This document shows, piece after piece, positions 42,089 to 61,806 of a stretch of 64,000 nucleotides of DNA. Location of the stretch: the NCBI RefSeq assembly GCF_009914755.1, contig NC_060927.1; one strand, 5' to 3'. How positions within the stretch are numbered: position 1 is the first letter of the stretch; every line of letters starts with the position of its first letter. Below the pieces are notes generated by a model. It made no database searches and had not been told where the DNA came from. It saw only the letters and a program-made list of their open reading frames with translations. Position numbers and translations under genes: made by a program. Source of the stretch: the human T2T-CHM13v2.0 reference genome, Homo sapiens.

Positions 42089-43260
42089 TTTGAATTTAGA
42101 CATGTTAAAGTATATATTTATACTAGTAAATGATCATACTAATTTGAAATCAAATAGCTAAAATACTGAAGCATCTATTCGAAGGGAGAAAATAGTCAAA
42201 ATTCCTACTATTTTGTGATAGTTGATACAGTCAGTCTTTCTGCATATTTCAAAAAAAGGTTTCTTGAAACCTAGTATAGCTAAGAAAGTGGGAGATTTCA
42301 AAGATGATTGTAGATTTCAGCTTGGGAAATTGGGTTTCCATTGAAATTCTGAAGGGATAGTAGGATAAGAGAAGACAAATTTCTTTTCAATATGCTGCTT
42401 GTAATGTTTGCACAGTACTTTGTCAGAGGGATATAGTCAGCAGCTACCTATATGATCTACGGCTCTGGATAAAATCTGAGCTATAGACATGAATTTGGGA
42501 GTCATTAGACTATGAATGACAGTTGATGTCACAAAAGTAGATGAGACAGCATGGCCTGCCCTTTATTATTTAATTCACATCTATGTCTCTTCCCTCATTT
42601 TCCACATCCTGAAAACATATTTAACATCTCTCCAATCTCCACTCTGACCAATTCATTCCTGAGCTTCAGTCATTGGAAGTAGTGTTCCTTAATGTGTCAT
42701 GGTGTTGTTTCTATGTTTTCCCTTGTTCTTGTTGTTTATTATGCAATGTACTTGTAGTTATTCTCTTTTTTGTCTCCTAGACATTATTAAAAATTCAACT
42801 CAAGTATTGCTTTCCCTTGAATACCTTCCTTCTCCGACCCTACTATTCTGCATAAGAAGCTCCTTCTGTCTGTTCCCATTGTACTCTGTGTATTCCTCTA
42901 TCATACTAGAGAGATATAAAAATATCTATCCAGTATAAAAATAATAAAATGAACCTTCAAGTACTCACCACCCTGCTAAGACTGAGAATATTGCCAATAC
43001 CTTTTAAACTCACTTTGTGTCCCTTTGACACACACCATTTTAAAATTCATTTCTGGAAATACAAAATCAGTGCTTCAAGTATGCATATTATCTATTGAGT
43101 TACTATAAAAATCACCTTCAAAAATTAAAGTTTGGAGACGTGAGGAAGAAATTCATACACTCCTTCAGAAAATTGTCTGTTGCTGATGTTGAAAAACAAG
43201 GCTAGGAAATCTCCCTGTCAGACATATAACACTTCCATACACACATAAATTTTAGATTAC

Positions 43261-43456
43261 CTTAAGTAGTGCCTCTAGAATATAAAGTGTAAGAAAACAG
43301 TAGTTAGTGTGTTTTAATTCGCTGTGGTAGATTACATTTAACTGGGATATCCAAGAGATTATAAAGGGAAATATATTCATTAATATCACAAGGTATCCAA
43401 CATGTTCAAATTCCTCAGTAAATACTATTGTATGGCATATACGAAAAAAGAAGTAT
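43261..43456 (-). CDS. SLC9C1: SLC9C1 coding exon (~exon 16), 196 nt, voltage-sensor S1-S2 (YFFFRICHTIVFTEEFEH...YILEALLK)
   Basis: ORF 43252..43467; acceptor ttttacag|A, donor AAG|gtaatc. Confidence 0.95.
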
Positions 43457-44544
43457 CTGTAAAACAAAAAGACAGTTTTATCTGATAAAAGGTTTACATT
43501 AAATGATTTTCATATATACTCATTTCTGTTCTACTTATCAACAGCTGCAGAGCCTTCTTTAATAATTCTGAAAGCAGCCACCACTAGCTAACACGTTCTG
43601 GCATCCCACTTCAGATACTGTCCTTTTAATTTCTTCCACTGATCCTCCTCTGTCTTGAGTCTAGTTTCTCCTTTTTCTTTCTCTCCCTCCTTAAATCTCA
43701 TTCACTTTTTCTTTTTACTTTTAATGGAAATATTTTTGGTATAACACAGGAGAAATTCAAACTGGAATTTTTTTTAAATAAAGAGAATACTTTCTAGCTT
43801 TTGATAATTCCTATTTTCAGAGATGAATACTATTAGTTTGAATATTGTTCCAACTTTTTATGTTTATAAAATGATTATCCATAAACATAAAAGAAGTTAT
43901 ATGACACATTTTTCTGTAAGCTGCATTTTTCCCTTTTAACAACGTATCATGAGCATCTTCTCTTGTCAAGGTATAAAATTGGGATCAAAGCCTAGGATGC
44001 ATGGTGGTGGAATATATGGATCCAAATTTTATCACAAAATTTAAATTAATGTATATGCTTTGAAAAATAGCTTCCATATTCAATATGATGGAGAGTAGAA
44101 ATGTAGATAAAAAGATTTACTTTAATATTTTAATTATTCAAGTAGTATAGTAATACACTATTGTTGTTAAAATTCACATGATAATGATTAATTAATTGCC
44201 GATTGAAGACTGGGTAAGTACCAGATCATTTTCTCATTCTCAAAGGTACATCTATGCCATAGCCCAGAAGCTTTTACAATTTTGGATACCATTTGAAAAA
44301 AAAATATGATGAAATTATGAGTGCAGTAATATATAGTCTGTGCTCACATTGCCAGGGCCCTCCAAGGCCTCTGGCAGTTACTCTGTGATGGGAGCTGCAG
44401 AGTTTAAGCCTTGTTAACTTTGTGATAACCTCTCTGTCCTCTCTCCAGTCTGCTTTTCTTGATCTCTTCCAGCAGCAAAACCATGTTTGGCAAAGCATGG
44501 CACTGGAGGTTACCTTTGCTTAAATTTATGGTTAAATTTGCAGT

Positions 44545-45750
44545 CACTGATCTCATTCATTTTGTCACTAGCTATATTTCTTTCCCTTGAATCTAAGAAA
44601 AAAAAGAAATTCCAATTGAAAAGGAAGAAGTAAAATGGTCTCTATTTGTGGATGACATAATCCTATATATTGAAAATCCTAGAGAATGTGCAAAAATCAA
44701 CTAGAGCTAATAAACAAAATAGCAAAGTTTCAGGAAACAAAATCGATATATAAAAATCAGTTGTATTTCTATACACTAGAAAGTACTGATCTGAAAATGA
44801 AATTATGAAAACAATTATATTTAAAATAGCACCAAAAACAACAAAATAGTTAGGATTAATGTTAACCTAAAACTTGCGTGCTCAAAACAACAAAACATTA
44901 CCAAAATAAGTTAAAGATTTAAATAAAAGGTAAGACATTCCATGTTCATGGTTTGGAAGGCTTAATATTGATAATATGACAATGCTACCCAAAGCAATCT
45001 ACAGATTAAATTAAATCCTATAAAAATCTTGACCTTTTTCTCTATTTTGCAGAAACAGGCAAGATAATCTAAAATTTATATGGAATTCTAAGGGACCTCA
45101 ACTAGTTACAACAATCTTGAAAAAGAAAGTTGAAGGACTTATACTTCCTGATATCAAAATTGTATACCAAGTGTGGAAAACAATTTGGTGGTTACTCAAG
45201 AAACTAAATATAGAATTACCACACAGTCCTGCAATTTTGCCCCTGGGATATGCCCTTGAGTAGAAAGCAGGTATTCAAATAAAAACTTGCACATGAATGT
45301 TCATGGCAGCACTATTCATAATAGCCAAAAGGCAGAAACAACTCAAATGTCCATAAACTGATGAATGGGTAAATAAAATGTGGTATATATACCATGGAAC
45401 GTTATTTAACCTTAAATAGGAATCACATATTGATACATGCTACAAAGAGGATGACCCTTATGCTACTAACACATTCTATTATGTGGATGAAAACATTAGG
45501 CTAAGTCAAAGAAGCGAGAAACACAAGGCTACATAGTGATGATTTCATTTATGTGAAACATTTGAAATAAGTAAATTCACAGGGACAGAAAACAGACTGG
45601 TGCTTTCCAGGAGCAGGGCAAAAAGGCAAAATGGGGAATGACTGCTTAATGAATACCCAGTTTATTTTTGGACTAATAAATAACACTAAATTATACACTT
45701 TAAAATGGTTAATGGTTAACTTATGTATATGAAATTTACCTCAATTAAAA
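44545..45750 (+). mobile_element. Degenerate L1MB-like 3' fragment
   Basis: ctatttgtggatgacataatc RT remnant; L1M 3'UTR ending tttacctcaattaaaa. Confidence 0.75.
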
Positions 45751-46304
45751 AGAGAATACTATTCCTATCCTTTTTATTCTTTAAGTAACTTTATGTATGT
45801 ACATAAGAAATTTAGGGTGGTGGCTGACCCCCACATTTCTAATAAACATTCTGTAGCTATTTATGCCCTGTGACACTCATCAGTCTCCTCTGAGGTGGCT
45901 ACCACCCACTTCAAAGCTTTAAATCAATTGTAAAGACAGGAAAAAAACCCTTTATTTTTTTTAAAAATAAAAAATTAAAAGGATGCAGCTAAGGTTTATA
46001 GTGGATGTTGGCCAGATCATTTTTCTTTTATATTATGCCATAATCTCCTTTGATTTTTATAAAAACTCTAACAATATATGGTGGTACCAAAATTTGTGGT
46101 GAGTTTGAAGGCTGATTTAGTAACAGGTATAAAAAATGAATTTGTTAATACAGATTATTTTTGTTTTCTTACTTTAGGTATGTTTGTGAGCATTTTCTAT
46201 GACTGTAAATAAGGCCATTTTTCAGATAATAAAATATGCAAAAATTTTTAAAAAGAAATTTCATTGTAAAATTCCTCAAAATATTTTGCAAAATATTCAG
46301 GATA

Positions 46305-52443
<6,139 letters not shown>

Positions 52444-52524
52444 TCAAGATACCATTTTAAAAGAAAAAACAGGGAATTTCAAGTGAATATAATAGCATTT
52501 CTTATAAGGTTCAAAAGCACTTAC

Positions 52525-52644
52525 TTTGATGGGCCCTCTTTTTCCTTTCTGGTATTATACACCCAATTAAGTAGTAGTTTTCTAGCAAAGGTAACTGTTT
52601 TTTGGCTTTCAGAATAATTCTTTATTGTATCAAGACTCATACAT
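52525..52644 (-). CDS. SLC9C1: SLC9C1 coding exon (~exon 15), 120 nt, CMSLDTIKNYSESQKTVTFARKLLLNWVYNTRKEKEGPS
   Basis: Acceptor tttttctag|A, donor AA|gtaagt; phase 2-2. Confidence 0.93.
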
Positions 52645-53979
52645 CTAGAAAAAGAGAGAAATCTTTAAACATGCTTTAAACATTTTGAGATAAGTTTAAT
52701 GTTGTACTGGAAGTTTAATGTTGTACATAAGTTTAATTTTGCACAAAACAGGAAGACTATTTTGTGCCATGATGGTTGGATTAAGACATTTTCATGGGCG
52801 TGGTTCATGAAGTTAGATTGTCAGGCTCACTTGTTAAACAGAGAGTATTAAAAATTGGAGATACATGGTTGAAAATAATAGAGATTTCAAGGTTCAGGGA
52901 TAGAAAACATACTATGTTTCAAATATTTGGGATTCAGACATCTGGGTTTTCATGTTAGATTCCCCATTGTCTGGTATGGCAATGGACAAATTACCTCATT
53001 AACTTGCTTGCTAATCTACAAAATAAGGATAAAAATACCAATGTTAGGCTGGGATAATTAAATGGGAAAGCATGTATAAAGCATCCAACTCATATCACAC
53101 ATCTTCCCATCTCTTTGTCTTCACCTTCAAAGCAGATAGTAAGGTTTAGAATGACTAAAAATGAGTTAAAATAGTAACTTAGAAAAGTCACTGGTCGTAA
53201 GAGCTCAATGTCATTTTGGTAGCACTTGTCCCAAGTTTTCTGTAGCTTTCTGCTAGGTTTTTTTTTTTTTTTTTTAATTGAGACAGCTCAGATCCGTGTA
53301 TATGATCATGTCTTGTTTAGCCAATCTCCTTGGCTTTTCAAGGAATTTACCTGCTGCTGACCAGATACTTTCATCGTCATGATCAGAAGGAGAGTAAGGC
53401 TCTGCCCTTGGATGTGAGGCCCTACCTTATAATGTGGCTTAATGGAAGGGCATTGGAAACCCAAGTTCAAAGGTAAACCTTGCCCTTTCTATGAATTATA
53501 ATGTTCTTACTTTAAAACTTGTATATATATATATATATTTTACTACAGGGATACTAACGTAATTGAAAAGAATGAAGTCATTCAATTATCTGATATTCAA
53601 TATAATATGCGGTAAATAAATGGAAAATGTTGAATATGTATATGACTTGATTCATTTATAATTGAAAAAATATTTATTCAACATCTGCTATTGTTGTTAA
53701 ATGCCAAAGATAAACCATAAAGAAATACTGGTCTGCCCTCAAGGCTGCAGCAGACTAGTGGGATGAAACATATAAATACCAATTGCAGTAAAACGTGGTA
53801 AGTGTTGCCACAGAGATAATAAATGAGAGGGCTCCCTGGACTCAAAAAAATAAGCATTTAATATAGTCTTATTGTGATATCTATGTGTGACACTTTACAG
53901 CACAAATTACTGAGTAATTCAGGCTCTTGAACTCCTATTTTACATTAACATGTTCACTGTTTAGACCTGATTTAGGGAA

Positions 53980-54205
53980 ACAGTATGATCTATTTAACCG
54001 GATAGTGAGGCAGCTTGGCTTTGAATCCCAACTCTGTAATTTATGAGTCAAATGACCTTGCATAAATTATTTAATTTCTCTTTGTTTTATTTTCCTAACC
54101 TGCATCGTGAATATAACAACAGCATCTAATAAGATTCTTCTGAGGTAAAATAGGTTAATACATGTAAAGTGTTTAAAACTGTACCTGGTATGACACTCAA
54201 TAAAA
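53980..54205 (+). mobile_element. MIR
   Basis: tttgaatcccaactctg...tgaccttgcataaattatttaatttctct...catgtaaagtgtttaaaactgtacctgg...ctcaataaa. Confidence 0.75.
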
Positions 54206-54583
54206 AGAAACTATGTGCTCAAAGTATTATTTTTTAGGCAATTATACAAGCACTTAGCATAGGTCCTGGTGCTCCTGTTTAAACCCTCCACTCTTTCTTT
54301 TCTTAGACTTGTTTTTCTTGCCACAGGTCACCCTGACACATGAGGCACTCATAGGAATAATTAGCAAATGGTAAAATCAGCTCAGCAAAGAAGCAAGAAC
54401 TGAATATAAGCACATCAATAGAAAGTTCTCCAGGGGCTGGAATACCATTTTGCTAATATTAATATTCCCTACAGTGACTGGCATATATTGGTAATATATA
54501 GCTTTGCACATATTGGTTTTCAATGTATATCTCTTACATGCATGCATAAAAAATGTAATATATTCCAAAGTTTGCCTTCATAG

Positions 54584-54965
<382 letters not shown>

Positions 54966-56212
54966 TGCTATTTTTAACATCTCCTGGAAAATATATTAAT
55001 GATGCTTTTTATTGTGTCATTTATTAAAAACTTCCACTGTACAATGTGCACCTTTCTTCTTTAAAATATGCACGGTATTGTTTTGAATTGATCACATTTG
55101 CCCAGCCCTCTCAACTCCCTCAACTTTACTAGGTCACCTAAAGCATTGGAAGTGCCTGGATCAAAAGGACAAACAGAGACCCTGGTACCATAGATGAAAA
55201 TATTCAAGCATTATAAATCAAGGAAACAAAATTTTAAATAAGATATATTTCATCTTCCTATCATGACACATATAATGTCATAATGATTTGTATGACTAGG
55301 CTTAAAATGAAAACTCTTAGTTACTTTGAAAGTCTGTACTTGAAATGAAATGCAAATATGCCCTAATTTCTGGCTGCTTCTTTTCTAACATCTAACTTTA
55401 TCCTTCAGTGTACCACAAGGTTGTACATGTGACTTAACACAAGGTTGGCACATCCTTCAGGTTTAGGGGTATGCACACCAAAGGCCGGGTTTGCTCATGA
55501 GATGATGGACCAGGACTAGAGGCCCAAATAGACTCTGGAAATAAGCTTAGGACAATTTAAGCAGGGAATTTTGGTGTCTTCAGGACTGTTGTCTAGAGCT
55601 AGAAGGTATGTCTGGGTGGACACTGTTGCAGTTGCACTGCAGTTTAACCCCCCTCTTTGCCCAATCATAGATCCAGCATTCCTCCACAGGGGATGATCTG
55701 AGGGTACCCCTCAAAACACCAACTTTGAGGAAACCACTGCTTATTTTGGAGACCTATATCTAAAGAAATCACTACAAGATTACAAATGCATGCTGAGTAT
55801 TAAGAGAAGATGTTGAAGTACTACCTGTGTATTGGGGAAGATGTGCCTGGAGGGATTAAGGAAGGCTTCACCCTTACTTAGTCTGGCATTCAAATTGTCT
55901 AAAAGGAAGAGTTCTTTACCACAGCTTAACTTTTGGCAGGGGGGGACAAAGAACAAAAGAAAGTTTCAGTCAGAAGGAACAGCTTGTTCAAAATCACGGA
56001 GGTAAGAATGAATGCAGCAAATTTGGGAAACTGAAAATAGGTAGTTTGGCCTGAGGGTGGGGTATAGAGCAGACAGCTCTGCTGTAATACTATAGTATTA
56101 ATATTAATAGTAGAGGGAGCCAAGTTACCAGACAAAAACAAGAAAACTCACTTGGGTAATTTCCTAAATGCTGTGGCTTAGAATAGAAGCCATCTCTTGA
56201 GAATATACTTAC

Positions 56213-56310
56213 TTTCCCTTCTTCTCACCAAAACTTTCTGCTGCACCAACCAACACCTGGACAGCACTCTGGGACAGAATCTCATTCCTGTATTGTCTCT
56301 GGTAGCTTGC
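56213..56310 (-). CDS. SLC9C1: SLC9C1 coding exon (~exon 14), 98 nt, ASYQRQYRNEILSQSAVQVLVGAAESFGEKKG(K)
   Basis: Acceptor atttttttag|GCA, donor AA|gtaagt; phase 2 matches next exon. Confidence 0.93.
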
Positions 56311-58279
56311 CTAAAAAAATATTAATTCAAGTCATTATATAGCATGAATAACGATGACAACTTATTACAATCTTGATGGGAAAAATGTGTGATAAAGAAG
56401 TAAAAACAATCAATCTAGTCTGTTTGTAAAAAGAATATTTCTATGGAGTTCAGATTATAAGATTACTGGATAAGGTAGGTCTTGGCTTTGAGTGGAGCCA
56501 CACTGGTTCTGAAGGAAACTAGAGCTCTTCTAGACATGGAATTAGGTTTTCAAAAAATAAATGGAACTTATTGGCAAATGAGTTTGGGAACTACTGCAAG
56601 CTATATCCACATCTCAAAAGTTAATAATGAATATTAAAGGCTCTGAGAAAACCTACAGTAAAAAAAAATCCTACTATACATCTTTATTTAATTGAATTTT
56701 CTCAAATATTTCCACAACAGGGCTCTGCTGCCTCATCTGTGATAAGGATTAAAATGATTCTATCTTTGTAACTTATATAATTATTTATAGAATATTTTAT
56801 AATTTATAAGGAGTATTATAATAACAGATTGCTACTATTTGGCAGAATGCAGTCACTTCTTCATTCAATACATATATATAAAGAGCCTACTGAGCTTCAG
56901 GGACTATGTCTGATGATATGGAAACCAGTATCTGACACTGTTCCTGGCATCCATATGCTGAACACTATTCAGAAACTATGTAGACCAACTTCCTTAACTG
57001 AAATATATTATGTGACCAAAGATTTCTAGGTTCTGCAGCAGGCATTCTCTCTGCATGATCAGTTTTGAATATTAAACACTGCTTCGTTTTGGGGAAATAC
57101 TAGAAAGAAATAGCAATGACACTTGAGGATGTGGGATGAAAAAACTTTTCCCATAATTACAGGAATTCAATAGAGTACACTCTTCTCCTTAAATATCATT
57201 AAAATATGTTTAAAACAATATTAAATCAAAATATTCTTAGTATCCTCAAGATAAAAATTGTAGTTTGAAAAAATGAGGAAGCTGAAGATTATATGGATCT
57301 CGCGAAAGCTTAGCAACACAAATACCAAAGCAATTAGATACTAGAAGATGTTAACTGTTAAATTATCTTTCCCAATGGGAACGCAGAAACCAAATCAACA
57401 AATCAAGATGAGCATGAAAATATATCTAAAATTAAGAAGAACTTGGAAGATATTAAGTGAAATGAGGATCTAGAGAACAGAGCAGAGAAATCCAATCTAC
57501 TTTGAAAAGCGAGATTTATTGATTAAGACACAATAGCACACAATCAATGATCAAAATATAATAGTAGAACCCAAACATTTGAGGCAATAAATCAAAAAGG
57601 TACATGGAGTATACACTGCAGAAAACATAGAATATCACAAGCGAAAAAGAGGTTATTCAGTCACCATAAGTTTCCTCTTTTATAGATTGGGAGAATGGAA
57701 ACTAAATAGATTAAGTCCTTAGTCACATATCATATTAGTAACAAAAACAAGACTCAAAATGAAGTTTCCTTCATTTATTTTGTGGGTTCTTGTACACCAT
57801 ATTTTCCTGAAATACATTAAAATTGGGAAATGACTAAAAGACATGGCCTCATAACATTTTTAAGTTACAAGGAAATAGAAATAATTCTACAGGTATCCAA
57901 ACAAGAAAGGGAGCTGTATTTAATTTCATAAATATTAATTTATTAATTGCATAAAAATCATTCCTTTGTCTTCATATAAATGTATCATTACTTGGATAAA
58001 ACTCCTATTTTTAGGTCTGAAACATCTTTAAACATTTACTAATCAATTTTTTCCTACAAAAGTAGACAAGAGACACTAGCCAAACCATTGAAAAATACAC
58101 TTCAAAGATATTCTCAACTGGGAATATTGTTGGAAATAATCAGTGAAAATTATAATATCAATATATTAAAGAATGAAATATGTAATAAAACATATCTATA
58201 AAAGGCTTCTTGTTTATAAGAATAATAAGCATAATCATTAAAACAAAACTTAAAGTGTGAAAGTGAAAACAGGGGAATA

Positions 58280-58400
58280 GGGCATGGTGGTGTCCCTCTG
58301 TAGCCCCAGCTACTCTGGGAGACTAAGGCAGGAGGACTCTTTGAGCTCAGGAATTTGAGACCAGTCTGAGCAACATAAAGAAATCTTGTCTCAAAAAATA
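58280..58400 (+). mobile_element. Alu monomer (FLAM-like)
   Basis: gggcatggtggtg...cccagctactc...gagaccagtctgagcaacat...gtctcaaaaaa. Confidence 0.8.
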
Positions 58401-59829
58401 GAAGAAGAGCACAAAGAGATTTCAGAACATTGAACTAAATTCATATTCCAGCCATGGGTACAAGGCCTAGTAAGCAATTTTTTCTTTTTAAAAAATTAAC
58501 ATAGAGGTAGATTGAGAAAAGGGAAATGCAAACGTGTCTACTCTAAAAGTACATCTATAGTTAACATTTTAGTTAGAAAGTTATAGAGTATTATTGACAT
58601 TTATATCATTTGTAAGGTAAAATTAGATACTTTTTGAAGTTAGCTTATCAAACAAATAAACAAAGAATGATATATCTCAATACAAAAGAAACAAAGAAAG
58701 GAAAGCAGGCAGGCAAAGGAAAAGAAAAAGAAAGAAATTAAACAGCAAGAGAGGAGTGAAAGAAGATAAGAATTGAGATATCAAAATACAACAGCTATTA
58801 GATCCTATAATAAACCTCAAATACTCCAAAAAGGTTCAGATTAATTAATTGAGTGAATATTATTTGAGCACCTACTATGTACTACACATTGTGGTATTCA
58901 CTGAAGACATACAGATAAATAAATCACAGTCTTTAGCCTAAAAAATATTACCTAGGTTTACTAGATTTGCCTACAAGAAAAATTAACTATACTAAAAAGC
59001 AAAATGTCAAGTGAAGCAGCAAAATGTCAAGTGAGCTGAGCTGCTGGCTAACCAGCCCCTTGCTTCCCCAGAGTGAAGACCAGCCTGGAACCCTGTCCTC
59101 AAAGTAGTAGCACCTGAGAAGAGATGCTGGCTGACCAGCCCTGCACTTCCCCCAAATCACAGATGATCCTGGTTCTCTACCCATGGTAGCATAGCCAGCT
59201 CCCTCATTCACAAGGGAGCAGACCCCACATAGGTAGACCAGCCACACAAACTTCTGCAGCCTAAGCAACTGAGGCACTCACAGGCATCAATGACATTGAC
59301 TGTAGCTGAAGAAACTGTATTGAGGCTATGCTATTGTATCCACCCAGTAAAAAGCTAATGCACCCTACCCAACTGACACCCTGGGACATATCTGCAGGTG
59401 AGTCTTTCCCCATGAAAGCCACTATACAAAATTGAAAGAGGCAACTGTTTCACAAGATCTGAAGATATCAATGCAAGGATACAAAAAAAACATGAAAAAG
59501 CAATAAAATATCTCACTGTTAAAGGAACACAATAGTTCACCAGCAACTGGTCCCAAAGAAATGGAAATGTAGAAACTCCCTGAAAAGGAATTTACAATAA
59601 TGATATTAAGGAAACTCAGCAGACACAATAAAATCGAAAAGCAATTCATTATGTGAATAAGAAACTCAACAAAAAGATAGATATTATAAAAAAATAACTG
59701 AACAGAAATATTGGAGCTAATTTAATGAATGAAAAAATACAATTGAGAGCTTTGATAACAAACTAGATCAAACAGAAAAAAAGAATCTCTAAACTTGAAG
59801 CCAGATATTTTCAAATAACCATGTCAGAC

Positions 59830-59935
59830 AAAAGAGAAAGAAAAAAGAGAAAAAGAGAAAGATACATAGATAAGAAAGAAAGAAAAGAAAAAAGAGAGAA
59901 AGAGAGAAAGAAAGAAAGATAGATAGATAGAAAGA
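59830..59935 (+). repeat. GA-rich (GAAA)n/(GATA)n simple repeat inside L1 ORF1
   Basis: Direct reading. Confidence 0.85.
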
Positions 59936-61524
59936 GCGAGCCAAAGAACCCAAGAGAGCTCATGGGACCCATGGGACATCATTACACAAACAAATGTTAT
60001 CATTATGGGAATTTAAGAAGGAGAAGAGATGGGAAAAGGCATAGAAAACATATTTAATAAAGTAATAACAGAAAACTTCCAAGTTTTTGAAAAGATATAG
60101 ACATCTAGATCCAGGAAGGTCAAATATCCCCCAAAAGATTCAACCTAAAAAATTCTTCTCTGAGGCACATTGTAGTCAAACTGTCAAAAGTCAAAGACAG
60201 AGAGAATTTTAAAAATAGAAAAAGTGTCAAGTCACATATAAAGGAATCTCCATTAGAATATCAGCATATTTCTCAGCAGAAACTTTATAGGCCAGAAAAG
60301 AATAAGATAATATGGTTGAAGTGATGAAAGACAAAAAAAACTTTCAACCAACAATACTATATCCAGAAAAGCTATCCTTCAGAAATCAAGTGTTTCCCTG
60401 ACAAGTAAAACCTGAGAGAATTCACCATCACTAGACTGGACTCACAAGAAATGCTTAAAAGTCCAATATCTGGAAGCAAAAGGACAATAACTAAGATTGT
60501 AAAAACATATAAAACCCAATGGTAGAGCAGATACACAAATCTTAAAGAAAAAGGAATCAAACCTTATTATTACAGAAAAACACCAATCTTCAAAGATAAA
60601 CAAACAAAAGGAAATACACACCAACCAAAAAAAAAAACACATGACACCTTTCAATAATATCCCTGAATGTAAACTAATTAAAATTTCCACTTAAAAGATA
60701 CAGACTGGCTGAATTGATTAAAATATAAGACCCAACTACACACTGCCTATGCCTATTAAAAACTCACTTCACCTGTAAAGACGCCCACAGACTGAAAGTG
60801 AAGGGATGAAAAAAGATATTTCTGGCAAACAGAACCCAAAAATGATCAGGAGTAGTTATATAGCTATACTTATAACTGATAAAATAGACTTTAAGTAAAA
60901 CACTGTAAGAGAAACAAAGAAGTTTACTATATAATGATAAAGGGATCAAATCAGCAAAAGGACATATAAATACCAAAAACCAGAGCACTCAGACACATAA
61001 GGCAAAAATTATTAGATCTGAAGGGAGAGAAAGACTCCAATACGATAATAGTTGGGTCTTTAAAACCCCAGTCATAGCATTGGAAGGACTATCTACACAG
61101 AAAATCAACAAAGAAACTTTGGATTTAAACTGCACTATAGACAGAACATTTCATTCAAGAACAGCAGAATACATGTTCTTCTCATCAGCACACAGATCAT
61201 TCTCCAGGATAGAGCATATGGTAGGCCACAAAACAAGCCCCCCAAATTTTTAAAAAATTAAAATCATATCAAGTATCTTTTCTGACCACAATGGAGTAAA
61301 ACTGGAAATCAGTAACAAGAAGAACATTGGAAACTGTACAACCACATGGAAATTAATCATGTTCCTCAACCACTGATAGATCAAGAAAAAAAATTAAGAA
61401 GGTAATTCTTTATTTTGAAACAAAAGTAGAAACACAACATATCAAAACCTATGGGATATAGCAAAAGCTGCACTAAGAGGGAAATTTATAGTAATAAACT
61501 TTTACATCAAAAAAATAGACAGAG

Positions 61525-61806
61525 GGCCAGGTGTGGTGGCTTATGCCTGTAATCCCAGCACTTTCGGAGGCTGAGGTGTGCAGATCACTTGAGGTCAGGA
61601 GTTTGAGACCAGCCTGGCCAACATGGTGAAACCCCATATCTACTAAAATTACAAAAATTAGCCAGGTGTGGTGGCAAGCACCTTTAATCACAGCTACTCA
61701 GGAGGCTGATGTAGGAGAATTGCTTGAATCCAGGAGGTAGAGTTTGCAGTGAGCCAAGATTGCACCACTGCAATCCAGCCTGGGCGATAGAGTAAGACTC
61801 CATCCC
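61525..61806 (+). mobile_element. AluS inserted in the L1, with a C-rich tract in place of a polyA tail
   Basis: Full dimer followed by catccccccccatcccccacacac. Confidence 0.9.

Noticed and set aside
46280-46297. Perfect 18-bp palindrome aatattttgcaaaatatt next to the L1 insertion site
   Set aside because: Low-complexity AT sequence; plausible by chance and no functional evidence.
52691-52745. Three ~19-bp tandem units (aagtttaatgttgtac) upstream of the exon-15 acceptor; similar 21-bp doublet at ~58998-59038
   Set aside because: Ordinary slippage duplications.
56311-59030. Further upstream SLC9C1 exon
   Set aside because: No splice-bounded frame resembling SLC9C1 found by eye; the previous exon is probably outside the window.
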